A stretch of 57,673 nt of DNA from an uncultured Bacteroidales bacterium (GCA_947306225.1 CAMZFW010000001.1:1-57673), one strand, 5' to 3'. Shown: positions 21,001 through 30,249, numbered from the stretch's first letter. Program-made: numbers and translations. The notes: a model not told the origin generated them from the sequence alone.

Positions 21001-21036
21001 AAAAATTAGTCCAAAAAGCAGAAATCTTTTTTTCAT
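9055..21036 (-). CDS. giant (3,993 aa) T9SS-secreted cell-surface protein: jelly-roll (MAM/choice-of-anchor-J-like) modules, many CARDB-like Ig modules, two parallel beta-helix regions, a lamin-tail-like segment and a type A Por C-terminal sorting domain
   Basis: One uninterrupted frame. The signal peptide MKKRFLLFGLIFALSAVVSHAQ starts at the ATG at 21036; the track start at 21093 is upstream of it. The C-terminus NYPNPYDGTTRIEFALP...VTDVVGRLVHEE......LPSGVYYYGLEFNGQRRMHKMIIH is a classic T9SS type A CTD. Confidence 0.9.
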   Translation of the reverse strand: MKKRFLLFGLIFALSAVVSHAQITQIYSQDFEVGTPVTYSGSGPGTGPTVQSTIVSGGSRAMKILHSQSGESTLTLDTLDFTHNSQFRHYTLEFMHITWIAGGAADAHDVGWIEVRLPTQTNWTRLNSTHYNTSSGEASGEFGYISSFSWHSYQDWEHAASLSNSLWKRERFDLDQLFLGVATENQKLLVRFHLAQRNQANPTGEAWYIDDLLVRASPQPITTPTLSMISFPDHLNYPNSRGAKVVADVTTPVTQGINDDSVYIAYRVGNSPVEQRAYMHRQGTSNRFIGRIPMYGYDTLIHYHVIAKDATTNSNTVYFPKNSSQWRTYRCVRGRTNTSSAVFGTISNTAIFPFPNMADNRSEWIYDSVTMDYMGYGPGYINSFRFILTTSPITVTRPRLQIRMMNAPSSEPRTPTMTAFTKTEMQIVYDSSFTIEQAAAGGYKMVTLQDTFYYAGSDLVMQVLYDGNTDPAANSVRHVSTSSNKSSLYSTGSEASYGYNIFGPDIDQFALGVTVATRPWMQFYETQNVPLIYDCGISAMSYPNYDTPCNIGLDSVVVWLKNYGVSPMNAVRIWYRIDNGNYTHYDWTGTLNGGDSVRVHVCDSQLFTVGYHTIRAWVDDTITIDTLRMRDHEPYNDTVFTPFAACDGPYNGVRIVGTGASANFSSLENCLYVLSRCGVNGPLTIKLPGGIYDITKFPYIPGASDSNYVLFEPATASAQVTFRRARTGVNTNVPALVDMTEARGIRFNNIKFSNGRYSDNRCDVLAQLGDNSANCQFINCSFSDSNSINNSAQSLINTGNADSTLVTNCTFYGGTIGVDITGAAPDVRSVGNRVYQCTFTNQVNSAIRIVNQSAAIIDSNFANDVLTNASYIILGQYCYDGTQITRNKVYSSKGTCCIGVSDMHGSNGNYCIVANNMLVSVDDGTSNMLTTPLNIIKGSYIKTVFNSVRMNAPTRVNVAAATFGGDVISHSYFQNNVIATFDTSNYAFSFIPGDSIANLHVNHNCYYSVSGVLNKLSGTNYNNLNGWRNAVPSDIGSVSGNPNYTNGSVSRVDLRSFNALLRNVGVPIPEVTIDLFGSTRSTTAPSLGAYEVTALSVDFTPEEFVTPMEDYCGAPASIPVEVAIRNMGNGTYTASTASPMTVYYSIDNGPVQSFVVNRDCGPNDTIHFLSTRTMSLPSGTGNTDRTYNIKWWVKCNLDPDDLNDTSTWSVLSRYAAPAPTAINQTINYNTVATITPTAGVNTWPVSYYTSGNGRQQRSGISWYHSMTDTAAFFYGPTLTTTPLYDDTTFYISQKRNLPLVKITEVQVNRTAAGATYPMPSWMNAQTAFAVELTNCGDYPANLEGDSVLVVQSNSAAKIWVLPNVTIQPGATLVLQYRTNSTASDSSRTIYAPSTATVTPAYTANFGVIYRDGHGVADAVAFNGVITTTSSQAINWSNQHIPAAVWQGSAIDLARNGGTTNTPTAGARRIAWPTNATNASPTATASLWQVATDSLRMHLGETENNLIRYFDNGCEGFRSAVNIHVTNVPNTDLFVDEPVVDTGCNLTTAEPVSVMVHNYGSNAVPTVVVKYSLDGGTTIMCSDTIASGIGIRSGVHHTFSTPINMQTSHDTVFNIKVWVDAVTGDNDHTNDTNTGSFNANYTPSIPLVDTVQTVSYGERLTITADSLPTTDNTIWYDINMNVLDITPGSYTTNYIYRRDTMFVRAVALKDVANTHIGTLASVMSNSYPSPYNPKQRYVKEQYLITAQQLQAAGHGAGTISSLSFYLESLGNNVTSFTFDYYTIKMGTTTASTFANGTFVTGLTQVYNKSNYTFTSANIGWVKHTLDSQYQWDGTSNIVIEITRALSAAGPTNGANTRYTAQANTVISKQHATTDQASQTSGTKGNNRPDILFGFLEPVGCESPASPIYINVTNIPDNDASIQWPVELDTTVIASCDTTNLNVVLENRGNYDISNYTLRYKIDNGSWQQITGNANNLPLGYSRTVPLLSSHFTPGRHTVTAVVIITGDTVPTNDTIIRTFNVRFCAGTYSIGSCGSDYPSMTTALDTLHNAGVAGPIVFELCEQTFTEQLDFGPIDGTDATNTVTFKTVPGATDMATIFHTPTNASNYVINISGASHIIFDSITFYANYTTGSGNNIFANVAKVEESNFITFYNCVLRSKKTTASSTNANVLLLGDNNHYITVNNCLLDSGYYSVRSSNNTSSDNISIINSDILNFWYQGVYLRNTDTIAVTGDSIASGVTVAGKPLTGIYIAGAYHASIQRNYIHLIDSRTGGKRGIALYNCRGTNIDRVTVYNNMVSLYGTAVASLSSSGIWIDSLSKHVSVYYNTCNLYAGVNQNATRTFSCQNSSYIHALNNIFKNESKGFAYYVAIDTCMASSNYNVYWTNADTHATTGVIKFAFWGVNCNNLDSLRLLNHTDNNSYQSYPYFVDSIYNLSTLLAQYADRAQYNPDVITDIRGCIRPQIPKPTIGAYEFNCIRETHDVAVAEIIEPYVPSVTTGNNPIVLNIETDSIMVRVRFFNNGTAIESNLTWYAYMADTYPVVQSDIRQINRLASQAFVEDSVLLESPLGIVDTQDIVVVINMAPGIVDQRPEDNIDTAQAFIYPAYDLQVISVAVDSTCDPAHCRMYSVPLKYTLKNAGKKDFPGDFPFTLGYDYYCHQPSTQSFPNFPGSSSLDVQTFAGTALPVGTQREVSLTPTYEPNLYPTGTLLDITARLRGFVTAQYDIKQHNDTTSYINITSNHTPDAPIAHDTMVDYGTYGNLWATQGETRVIRWTRDTTDGSFFYNGNNNYNRSTHWSDTPQYFHDSLYYLYCLSSRNCTSYYSQINVGINMPLSYDVSISEVRSPRGSGRVYLERDTVTLRVVNYGSQPISNIPIAFKFMNANGRTTYLEVHDTVRHTIPGRVGDNVQYYDHTFGGCLDDTAMLLINQIVSNSALTNNTFTLNAWVYHPDDMQRGNDTLRTVHTFRTLAENCYDSINKYAPTSPEGFNITHVSYNELDNHMPDLIPYDNLWLGSYNPTNAEVPTLYVLRGTQDTLTIEVANYFDEFDSTTAASLCVAIDYNRDGQYDFLSSENITRRAGIGNAIKVHSRRPYKIPLTIPESAHYGYMRMLVWVHGDSTLITNGIHTATSFDDGQMQQYLLYVQEECMLDSVDAALTRVVAPRENVIVDSNYQVIIMLANKGSKPLTQASISYRFHNVNQPNPFIQDTMLWSGELEPGMSTPVTLCNVHFPEGTTNLFCSVIAEGDTFHVTNNTLQYQYHRYYVVVARFIDSFDQPIDKWYAPVGYNNFTRNYFERGMPSKSIISSAYSQPNAYITSATESIVTGKHGNRSVLYSPIINIQQIRTDTITFLINKNMAEGSFLRLEYLDYQGLWQLVEDPSVRWVAGDASGSWYDTEQGWTGSTAGAYNTLIFPTSLISGEFTQRVQFRFVFTTPVSTSPAANFGDGVAIDNLVIGRQRRAIDVGVREITYPTNPQFGQTIYPRVRIHNYGTDSIRNFIVCYRPFGTYLAHEATCTEWIPAGGDFEFEFPTPFIITSQFPDTFEICAFTKVQSDYYRDNDTTCNLFGLSPLANDLYLYAITSPLASAVAGDSINITVRLRNFGQNEIEDCTIRYLYNDNDTVTEHIVFSDYLGRNLGSTEFFNYTFRHRERATMGTMRLTAWCEYRQDVYPYNDTIFKEIAGIAAITDIQATASIVDQRNDREIHICAILDNVGARAANNFTVGYYIDNDPSTRFEETFHRDLPFASGDHAVHRFSNVEPWRSYEWAYVTVYCSVPGDTNQNNDTSRIIQPYSTDLELVKLQVEENMSDSCRIRAVVRSNGNILFYNTFFFQPTIINDISIPRYQYPTNTYYFEPGDTRHVLFKTKIPKSPTRTYIGSSKLNLPNADDNPANDQTTIIEVVNYFEDVPRVAEPDFVLEQNYPNPYDGTTRIEFALPYGGSARFFVTDVVGRLVHEETTYYDEGRHTISFNKGKLPSGVYYYGLEFNGQRRMHKMIIH

Positions 21037-21124
21037 TTGTATTATTTGTATTTTGTTTATTATCAATAATATATAACTAAAATATAGAACCAATTGGGCA
21101 TTTTTCTTGCCTAATTTGAACTTA

Positions 21125-21132
21125 CAAAGTTA
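21125..21132 (-). promoter_or_regulatory. -7 promoter box (TAACTTTG on minus strand) upstream of the giant gene
   Basis: Plus strand caaagtta, about 90 nt upstream of the ATG at 21036 in an AT-rich 440-bp spacer. Confidence 0.4.
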
Positions 21133-21426
21133 CGAAGAAAAAACGAATTAGCAACATTTTTTTTATTTTTATATTTATTTATAACTTTCAACCTCTGTCA
21201 CGTCTCGAATAGAGAGTCGTGTAACATTAATTTTCTTCCCCCCTCTCGCTATACTCCCAAAAGTGCCAAAAACGTCACCTTTTGCCCCTAATTTTTATGT
21301 TTTTTTAACACTTTTTCCCGTTTTTCCCTCGTTCAACCCCAAATCTGCCATAAGCAGACCTGAAAAAGTGAAATGGATTGAGAAGTCGACTAACAACCGA
21401 TTTGGGTTCAAACTAAGAGACAATAC

Positions 21427-21457
21427 AAAAAAAGCCAATACCTCGGTGGCGTTGGCT
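21427..21457 (-). terminator. Rho-independent terminator after the rlmB-like gene
   Basis: Minus strand reads AGCCAACGCCACCGAGGTATTGGCT followed by TTTTTTT. It lies 23 nt downstream of the stop at 21480. Confidence 0.7.
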
Positions 21458-21479
21458 TTCTCTCCAAGGGAGGGCTGTA

Positions 21480-22262
21480 TTAGCGTCGCTGGCGTAGCAC
21501 TTCGTACATGAAAACGGCTGCGGCTACACTAACATTAAGTGACTGTATTTGACCTAGTATAGGTAGTTTTGCACGGACATCGGACAGCTTGAGTAGTTCG
21601 GGGCTGATGCCGGTCTCTTCGGCACCCATGATGAGTAGGGTGGGCTGTTTGAAATCGACTTCAATGTAGTCGGTTGCGCCTTTCTCGGTGGCTGCCACAA
21701 CCTGCATTCCGCATTGTCGGGCTAGGTTGAGCACCGTCTTTAAGTTTCCTTCGCGGCACACGGGTACGCGCAACAGGGCACCCGATGAGGTTTTTACCGC
21801 GTCGTCGCCCACTTGTGCGCTTCCATGGTCGGGAATGATGACCGCGTCGGCTCCAGTACATTCTGCCGTACGCACAATGGCACCGAAGTTGCGCACGTCG
21901 GTCACTCGGTCGAGCAGTATCAGCAAGGGTGCGTTCTTCTCTTCCATCAGCTTTGGTATCAATTCGATGGCGGATTGGTATTGGATGGGCGCAATCAATG
22001 CCGCTACCCCTTGGTGGTTGCCTTTTGTGAGGCGGTTCAGTTTCTCTATGGGAACGAATTGGAAGGGTATTCCTTTTTCGCGGATACGGTTCTTTAGTTC
22101 GGTGGCAAGTGTCCCGGTCAGCCCGTTCTGCAGCAGCACGCGGTCTATCTGAGTGTTGCTATCAATGGCCTCTATCACGGGTCGCAGGCCGTAGATGGTG
22201 GAGTTGGTGGAGGCGGTGCCTTTTCCCTCCTGTTCTCTGTGTGCTTTGTTATTCTGTATCAT
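21480..22262 (-). CDS. rlmB: TrmH/SpoU-family 23S rRNA 2'-O-ribose methyltransferase (RlmB-like)
   Basis: 260 aa. The N-terminal IYGLRPVIEAI and C-terminal SpoU motifs (LLDRVTDVRNFGAIVRTAE, LIMGAEETGIS, IPILGQIQSLNVSVAAAV) are family hallmarks. Confidence 0.8.
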   Translation of the reverse strand: MIQNNKAHREQEGKGTASTNSTIYGLRPVIEAIDSNTQIDRVLLQNGLTGTLATELKNRIREKGIPFQFVPIEKLNRLTKGNHQGVAALIAPIQYQSAIELIPKLMEEKNAPLLILLDRVTDVRNFGAIVRTAECTGADAVIIPDHGSAQVGDDAVKTSSGALLRVPVCREGNLKTVLNLARQCGMQVVAATEKGATDYIEVDFKQPTLLIMGAEETGISPELLKLSDVRAKLPILGQIQSLNVSVAAAVFMYEVLRQRR

Positions 22263-22266
22263 AGGT

Positions 22267-22938
22267 CTATACGATGGCTCCGTCTTTGAGCATTATTTGT
22301 CGGTCGGCTTTTTGTGCCAATGTGGTGTTGTGGGTGACGATGACGAAGGTCTGGCGATATTGGTCGCGCAGTTGGAAGAAGAGGTCGTGCAGTTCTTCGG
22401 CATGGTGGGTGTCTAGGTTGCCCGAAGGTTCGTCGGCAAGCACCACGGCGGGTCTGTTGATGAGTGCGCGTGCCACGGCAAAACGTTGTTGCTCACCACC
22501 CGACAGCTGTGCGGGCTTGTGGCTTGCCCGTGCCTCTACGTTCAGGAAACGCAGTAGTGTCATTGCCTCCTCAGTGGCCTGTTCCATGCTGCGGCCCGCG
22601 ATGAGCGCGGGCAGGCAGACGTTCTCCAGTGCCGTAAATTCGGGTAGCAGGTTGTGAAACTGGAACACAAACCCGATATGGCGGTTGCGAAAGTGGGCTA
22701 AGGCTTTCTCGTCTAGAGTTGTAACGTCTACGCGCTGAGTGCCCTGCGTGTCATATAGGATGCGTCCGCTGTCAGGACGGTCCAAGGTGCCGAGCAGCTG
22801 CAACAGCGTGGTCTTGCCTGCCCCTGACGCGCCGACCACACTCACCACTTCGCCTTCGCCAATAGTCAGGTTGATATCCCTGAGTACCTGCAGCGAACCG
22901 TATGATTTATTGAGGCTTTCGACGGTAATCATGGTCAA
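22267..22938 (-). CDS. ABC transporter ATP-binding protein (LolD/MacB-type)
   Basis: Walker [10 protein letters not shown], signature LSGGEQQR, Walker B VVLADEP. It overlaps the hutI stop by 4 nt. Confidence 0.85.
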   Translation of the reverse strand: MTMITVESLNKSYGSLQVLRDINLTIGEGEVVSVVGASGAGKTTLLQLLGTLDRPDSGRILYDTQGTQRVDVTTLDEKALAHFRNRHIGFVFQFHNLLPEFTALENVCLPALIAGRSMEQATEEAMTLLRFLNVEARASHKPAQLSGGEQQRFAVARALINRPAVVLADEPSGNLDTHHAEELHDLFFQLRDQYRQTFVIVTHNTTLAQKADRQIMLKDGAIV

Positions 22939-24170
22939 TATTCTTTACCGTTGAGAAACGCTTTCCACACCTTGTTCTCTCCGTATGCATAAGGCAGGTA
23001 TTCGTAGGTGGGTATCTCAGTGGTGATATAGAAGTTGGCACGCTTGCCCACGGCTATGGAGCCGAGTTGGTCGCTTACGCCCATGGCATAGCCGCTATTG
23101 ATGGTGGTGGCGTTGATGGCCTCTTCGGGCAGCATACGGTAGTTGACGCAGGCAAATGACAGCACCAGCTGCATGTTGCCCGAAGGCGACGACCCAGGAT
23201 TGTAGTCCGATGCCATAGCCACGCCCAGTCCTGCCTCCATCATCTTGCGCACGGGGGCGTGTTGCATGTTCAGGAAGAAAGCGGCTCCGGGCAGCACCGT
23301 AGGCATCGTCTCCGAACCCAGCAGGCATTGTATCTCTGCATCGCCAGTGTATTCCAAGTGGTCGCAACTCAGTGCGTTGTACTTCACGGCACATTGTATG
23401 CCGCCGCTGCATGCCATCTCGTTGGCGTGTATCTTCGGACGCATTCCGTAGCGCGCGCCAGCTTCCAGCATCCGCTCTGTGTCTTCGACGGTGAAGAAGC
23501 CCTCGTCGCAGAATACGTCGATATAGTCCGCCAGTCCTTCTTCGGCAGCCTGTGGTATCATGCGTTCGATGACGAGGTCCACAAACTTCTCCTGATGGCC
23601 GCGGTATTCCATTGGTATGCCGTGGGCTCCCAGCAATGTGCTCTTGATGGTGAGGGGGCTGTTTTCGCGCAGTCGGCGGATGACGCGCAGCATCTTCAAT
23701 TCTGCCTCGGGGGTCATGCCGTAGCCCGACTTGATTTCCACCGCGCCAGTGCCATATCGGATGATGGTGTCCAGCCGTGCCATCGCATCGTCGTAGAGCT
23801 GTTGCCCCGAGGCCTCCTGTACCCTTTTGGCGCTGTTCAGTATGCCGCCGCCACGCTTGGCTATCTCGTCGTATGAGAGGCCGCGAATCTTGTCGATATA
23901 CTCTATCTCGCGGCTGCCGGCATACACGAGGTGCGTGTGCGAGTCGCAGAACGAGGGCAGCACCATTCTGCCCGTCGCGTCCACCTCCTTGTCAAAGGTC
24001 TGCTCTTTCAGCTCGTCCATCTTTCCGAAGGCGGCAATCTTGTCGTCCTCGACAATAAGATAGGCGTTTTCGATATGGTCGATATGTGCCATGTCGGCAC
24101 CAAACACACGCGGCCGAGGGCACTTCTCCACCTGCAGCAGCGATTTGATATTCTTAATCAGTGTTCTCAT
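22935..24170 (-). CDS. hutI: imidazolonepropionase
   Basis: 411 aa. The [16 protein letters not shown] motif and amidohydrolase metal ligands are typical of HutI. Confidence 0.85.
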   Translation of the reverse strand: MRTLIKNIKSLLQVEKCPRPRVFGADMAHIDHIENAYLIVEDDKIAAFGKMDELKEQTFDKEVDATGRMVLPSFCDSHTHLVYAGSREIEYIDKIRGLSYDEIAKRGGGILNSAKRVQEASGQQLYDDAMARLDTIIRYGTGAVEIKSGYGMTPEAELKMLRVIRRLRENSPLTIKSTLLGAHGIPMEYRGHQEKFVDLVIERMIPQAAEEGLADYIDVFCDEGFFTVEDTERMLEAGARYGMRPKIHANEMACSGGIQCAVKYNALSCDHLEYTGDAEIQCLLGSETMPTVLPGAAFFLNMQHAPVRKMMEAGLGVAMASDYNPGSSPSGNMQLVLSFACVNYRMLPEEAINATTINSGYAMGVSDQLGSIAVGKRANFYITTEIPTYEYLPYAYGENKVWKAFLNGKEY

Positions 24171-24220
24171 AGTGGTATGTTTTGTCGTAATATCTATTGT
24201 CTTTATCGTTTCTACCTTTT

Positions 24221-25243
24221 CTAGAATAATTCCGGCTGTTCGCCAGGTTTTAGCTTCCCCATCAGTTGATAGGCTAGGGGAGTGGCTTCGCGGCCTCGGG
24301 GGGTGCGTTGCAGATAGCCTTCTTGTATCAGGTAGGGCTCGTACACTTCTTCCACCGTGCCCGCATCTTCGCCCACGGCAGTGGCAATGTTGTTAATGCC
24401 TACCGGTCCCCCGTGGAACTTGTCGATGATAGTGCCGAGGATGCGCAAGTCCATCTCGTCCAGTCCGTTGCTGTCCACGTTCAGCGCCTTCAGTGCATAG
24501 CGTGCTATGTCTAGCGTGATGGTGCCGTCGCCTTTCACTTGTGCGAAGTCGCGCACCCTGCGCAACAACAAGTTGGCGATACGGGGTGTGCCTCGACTGC
24601 GGCGCGCTATCTCGTAGGCCGACTCGGAGGTTATCTTCACCTGTAGTAGTCCCGCCGAGCGGTTGACGATGCTGGCAAGCGTTTCCGCGTCGTAGTATTG
24701 CAGTCGGCAGTTGATGCCGAAACGGGCACGCAATGGCGCGGTCAGCATACCCGACCGCGTGGTCGCGCCGATGAGGGTGAAGGGTTTCAGCTTTATCTGC
24801 ACACTCCGTGCCGCCGGTCCCGACTCGATCAGGATATCTATCTTGTAGTCCTCCATCGCCGAGTAGAGGTATTCCTCCACCACGGGTGACAGGCGGTGTA
24901 TCTCGTCGATAAACAGTACGTCGTTAGCCTCTAGCGAGGTGAGCATTCCAGCCAAGTCGCCCGGCTTGTCAAGCACCGGCCCCGATGTCATGCGGATGTT
25001 CACACCCAGCTCGTTGGCGATGATATAGGAGAGGGTTGTCTTGCCCAAGCCCGGAGGCCCGTGTAGTAGCACATGGTCCAGCGGTTCGCCTCGCTGTTTG
25101 GCAGCCCCGACAAACACGCGCAGGTTGTCCAGCACCTTCTGCTGTCCGGCAAAGCTGTCGAAACCTTTGGGGCGCAATGCGCGTTCCACTTCGCGTTCCT
25201 GTGCCGTCTGTCCGCGGCCTGTGGCATCTAGATTATTGTTCAT
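24221..25243 (-). CDS. ruvB: Holliday junction branch migration helicase RuvB
   Basis: 340 aa with [33 protein letters not shown] and the C-terminal winged-helix region. Confidence 0.95.
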   Translation of the reverse strand: MNNNLDATGRGQTAQEREVERALRPKGFDSFAGQQKVLDNLRVFVGAAKQRGEPLDHVLLHGPPGLGKTTLSYIIANELGVNIRMTSGPVLDKPGDLAGMLTSLEANDVLFIDEIHRLSPVVEEYLYSAMEDYKIDILIESGPAARSVQIKLKPFTLIGATTRSGMLTAPLRARFGINCRLQYYDAETLASIVNRSAGLLQVKITSESAYEIARRSRGTPRIANLLLRRVRDFAQVKGDGTITLDIARYALKALNVDSNGLDEMDLRILGTIIDKFHGGPVGINNIATAVGEDAGTVEEVYEPYLIQEGYLQRTPRGREATPLAYQLMGKLKPGEQPELF

Positions 25244-25263
25244 TCGAGTGTTCTTTGAGTTTG

Positions 25264-25271
25264 CAAAAATA
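25264..25271 (-). promoter_or_regulatory. -7 promoter box (TATTTTTG on minus strand) upstream of ruvB
   Basis: Plus strand caaaaata, about 20 nt upstream of the ruvB ATG at 25243. Confidence 0.5.
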
Positions 25272-25377
25272 CAAAAAAAACAGCATATAGTAAATTTTTA
25301 TTTACGCTAGCTATACTAAAACGCATTTTGTCACGTTACACCTTTAGTAAATTATAGCATAAAAACCAGTATATAGC

Positions 25378-26214
25378 ATGAAATCTATCATTGTGGGTAC
25401 CGACTTTTCCAGAGGCTCCTATGTCGCCTTGGAATTGGCTGTCGACATCGCCAACAAGTTGGGTTGTGGTATTAAAATCATCTGGGCTAAGCGCGAAAAG
25501 CTCCTTTTCGACGAAGAACAGCTCACCGTCATGACGCATCTGGCTGAGGAGAAGTTGGAGATGCTCTGCGACCAGCATAGACCCAACCTCCATGGTGGCG
25601 AAATCCGTTGGGAGATATGCTCCGGCAAAGTGGGTGCCATCATTGCGCGGCAGGCTCGCCACGAGAACGCTCCCCTCATCGTCATCGGCACCAATGGCGC
25701 TTCGGGCTTCGAGAAGTATTGGATGGGCAGTACCGCCGTGCGCATCGTGCAGGAGGCTCCCGTGCCCGTTCTCACCGTCCGTCAGGGCTATGACTTCCAC
25801 AAGGCTCTTGAGCGTATTGTCATGCCCATCCGCGTCAATATCAACTCGCGTCAGAAGGTACCGCCCGCAGCCGCCATGGCTCGCTTCTTCGACTCCGAGA
25901 TTCATATCCTCGGTCTCATGGACTCTCCCGACCAGGCCCACCAGCTCCGCGCCTATATGGTGCAGACCGCCGAATTTCTCTCTAGCGAGGGTGTCAAGTT
26001 TAAGTCGGTGGTGAAGAAGTACAGCAATTACAGTGATGCTGTGCTCGGCTATGCCGACTCTATCAAGGCCGACCTCGTGGTCATCAACACCGAGCAGGAC
26101 CGTCTCCTTTCCCAGCTCTTCCTCGGCACCAATGCCCAACAGATTGTCCACAACTCGCAGATTCCCGTCCTCTGCGTCCATCCTGCCGACATATTTTACC
26201 TATCCAAGACCTGA
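25378..26214 (+). CDS. tandem-domain universal stress protein (UspA family)
   Basis: 278 aa. Two Usp-like halves each end in a G..G-type ATP-binding loop (IVIGTNGASGF; LVVINTEQDRLLSQLFLGTNAQQIV). Confidence 0.8.
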   Translation: MKSIIVGTDFSRGSYVALELAVDIANKLGCGIKIIWAKREKLLFDEEQLTVMTHLAEEKLEMLCDQHRPNLHGGEIRWEICSGKVGAIIARQARHENAPLIVIGTNGASGFEKYWMGSTAVRIVQEAPVPVLTVRQGYDFHKALERIVMPIRVNINSRQKVPPAAAMARFFDSEIHILGLMDSPDQAHQLRAYMVQTAEFLSSEGVKFKSVVKKYSNYSDAVLGYADSIKADLVVINTEQDRLLSQLFLGTNAQQIVHNSQIPVLCVHPADIFYLSKT

Positions 26215-27446
26215 TGACTAAAGTTGTTATCGTAGGTGCCGGTGCGGCGGGTATGATGGCTGCCGTCGCTGCCGCCAACCAAGGAGCCGAAGTGGTGCTA
26301 CTCGAGAAGATGGACCAGCCGGGACGCAAGCTGCGCATCACCGGCAAGGGTCGTTGCAACCTCACCAACACTGCGTCGATTAAGGACACGCTCACCCACA
26401 TCGGTCCTGACAAACAGTGGTTGCGCAACAGCTTTGCCCAGTTTTCCAACACGCAGCTCATGCAGTTCTTCGAAGAACGCGGTGTCCCGCTAGTCGAGGA
26501 GCGGGGTGGCCGTGTCTATCCCAAGAGTGGCAAGTCGCTCGACATCTTTCTGGCTCTTATCAACGACCTCGAACACCGTTCCCGTGTCACCATCCGCAAA
26601 AACTGCGCCGTCAAGTCCCTCACCGAGGACTGCCATGGCGTGCGCCTGCAAGATGGCACCACCGTTCGAGGTGATGCCATCATCATCGCCACTGGCGGAC
26701 TCGCCTATCCCACTACAGGCTCCACGGGTATCGGCTACCGCCTCGCCGAGGAGGCGGGTCACACCGTGGTGCCGCAGGTGCCGGCTTTGGTGTCGCTCCT
26801 CTGTGAGGAGGAGATACCGCAAGAACTAGAGGGTTTTGTGCTCAAGAATGTAGCACTCTCTATCACTCGTCCCGACGGCAAGAAGCTCTATGATGCTTTC
26901 GGTGAGATGACTTTTGCCGACCACCGTCTCGACGGCCCCATCGTCCTCTCTGCCAGCCGTCAGGTCAGCCGTCTGCTCCACGATGGCGAACGCCTCGTAG
27001 CCCACATTGACCTCAAGCCCGCCGTCGCTGCCGATGTCCTCGACCGCCGTCTTATTGCCGACCTCAACGCCAACGGCACGCGCCTCTTCCACGATGCTCT
27101 GCGCCTCTGGCTCCCCGCCGAAGTCATTCCACTCGCACTCAAACGGCTGCATATCGAGTACTACAAGCGCCTGCACCAGATTAACGCCGCCGAACGCAAG
27201 CGTCTCCTCTCGTTCTTAAAGAATGTGGAATTCACCCTCACCGGCACGGGCGACTACGACACCGCCATCATCACCCAAGGCGGTGTTAACACCAAAGAAA
27301 TCAACCCCAAGACCATGGAGTCGCGCCTCGTTCCCGGCCTTTATTTCGTAGGCGAACTTCTCGACCTCGATGCTGACACCGGGGGCTACAACCTTCAGAT
27401 AGCCTTCTCCACCGGCCACGTCGCTGGTACCGCCGCCGCCCAATAA
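26214..27446 (+). CDS. HI0933/YhiN-type NAD(P)/FAD-dependent oxidoreductase (aminoacetone-oxidase family flavoprotein)
   Basis: N-terminal VVIVGAGAAGMMAA...LLEK dinucleotide fold, GKKLRITGKGRCNLTN-type motif and C-terminal GLYFVGELLD. The start overlaps the usp stop (TGATG). Confidence 0.85.
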   Translation: MTKVVIVGAGAAGMMAAVAAANQGAEVVLLEKMDQPGRKLRITGKGRCNLTNTASIKDTLTHIGPDKQWLRNSFAQFSNTQLMQFFEERGVPLVEERGGRVYPKSGKSLDIFLALINDLEHRSRVTIRKNCAVKSLTEDCHGVRLQDGTTVRGDAIIIATGGLAYPTTGSTGIGYRLAEEAGHTVVPQVPALVSLLCEEEIPQELEGFVLKNVALSITRPDGKKLYDAFGEMTFADHRLDGPIVLSASRQVSRLLHDGERLVAHIDLKPAVAADVLDRRLIADLNANGTRLFHDALRLWLPAEVIPLALKRLHIEYYKRLHQINAAERKRLLSFLKNVEFTLTGTGDYDTAIITQGGVNTKEINPKTMESRLVPGLYFVGELLDLDADTGGYNLQIAFSTGHVAGTAAAQ

Positions 27447-27503
27447 TACAGCCCCCTAAAAATCTATATTCCCTATAGAATCTATATCCTCTATCCTCCT
27501 CGC

Positions 27504-29411
<1,908 letters not shown>

Positions 29412-29475
29412 ATAATAGTTATTCTAGTAGCACGCGTAACACTAGTTGGTCTAGTCATACTAGTTTGCTCTAACC

Positions 29476-29501
29476 AAAAAAAGGCTGCCCGTTAGGCAGC
29501 C
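29476..29501 (-). terminator. Rho-independent terminator after tonB
   Basis: Minus strand reads GGCTGCC-TAACG-GGCAGCC followed by TTTTTTT. It lies 24 nt downstream of the tonB stop. Confidence 0.75.
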
Positions 29502-29524
29502 CTTACTTTTAGCTGTTGCAGCCT

Positions 29525-30214
29525 TTACTGCAGGTCGAAGTTGACCGGGAGGTTGAACTGAGTACGGACGGGTTTGCCGCGCTGTTTGCCGGGCTTCCAC
29601 TTGGGCATCGACTTCACGACGCGCACAGCTTCTGCGCCGCATCCGCCGCCGATGTCACGAAGCACCTTCACCTGTCCCACGCTGCCGTCCTTCTCAACCA
29701 CGAAGGAGACGAACACTTTACCAGTGATGTTGTTCTCCTTGGCGAGCTGCGGGTACTTGATGTTGTCCGCGATGAACTGCGACAGGGCAGTGAGGCCTCC
29801 TGGGAACTCGGGGTCTTCCTCCACAACGAGGAACACCTCCTCTTCCTCAGCTTCCACCTCATCGTCAACCACTACTTGGATCACCTCTTCCTGAGCCTTG
29901 TTGGCGTTATCCTCGGCGTTGATGATACCGACCTCGTTGGTCAGTTCAGCGTCGTTCTCAACCACCGTCAGGTCGGTGACAACCTGCTCGGGCTCTTCGG
30001 GTGGTGGTGGCGGTTCGTCGGGCTGGTCGGTCTGGATGATGTCGGCGTCAATAGCGTCGTCCATGGCGCGCATGTTCACTACTTTCACTTCTTTCTCGTA
30101 GGAACGCACATTGAAGGCGACGAGTGCGGCAGCCAAAATCACCACCAGTCCGATTTCCAGATACAGTCCTCTGCGATTTTCGAGGTCTGCCCTTGGGGTT
30201 TTCTTTGCTTCCAT
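29525..30214 (-). CDS. tonB: energy transducer TonB
   Basis: 229 aa: an N-terminal membrane anchor, a Pro/Glu-rich spacer (QPDEPPPPPEEPEQ) and a TonB C-terminal domain (FPGG...YPQLAKENNITGKVFVSFVVEKDGSV). Confidence 0.85.
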   Translation of the reverse strand: MEAKKTPRADLENRRGLYLEIGLVVILAAALVAFNVRSYEKEVKVVNMRAMDDAIDADIIQTDQPDEPPPPPEEPEQVVTDLTVVENDAELTNEVGIINAEDNANKAQEEVIQVVVDDEVEAEEEEVFLVVEEDPEFPGGLTALSQFIADNIKYPQLAKENNITGKVFVSFVVEKDGSVGQVKVLRDIGGGCGAEAVRVVKSMPKWKPGKQRGKPVRTQFNLPVNFDLQ

Positions 30215-30241
30215 ATTATTGAATTTTAAATTGTTGTTAAC

Positions 30242-30249
30242 TATTTTTG
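30242..30249 (+). promoter_or_regulatory. orphan plus-strand -7 promoter box (TATTTTTG) pointing into the decamer array
   Basis: Perfect TAnnTTTG match 28 nt from the divergent tonB start. No plus-strand protein gene follows for 1.2 kb. Confidence 0.4.

Noticed and set aside
25336-26181. A 281-aa minus-strand ORF opposite the universal stress protein gene. Similar antisense ORFs lie at 29516..30229 (opposite tonB), 31487..32230 (opposite the lipoprotein gene) and 42607..43437 (opposite the acyltransferase gene)
   Set aside because: Each mirrors a gene with clear family motifs on the other strand. They have no motifs of their own and a biased composition.
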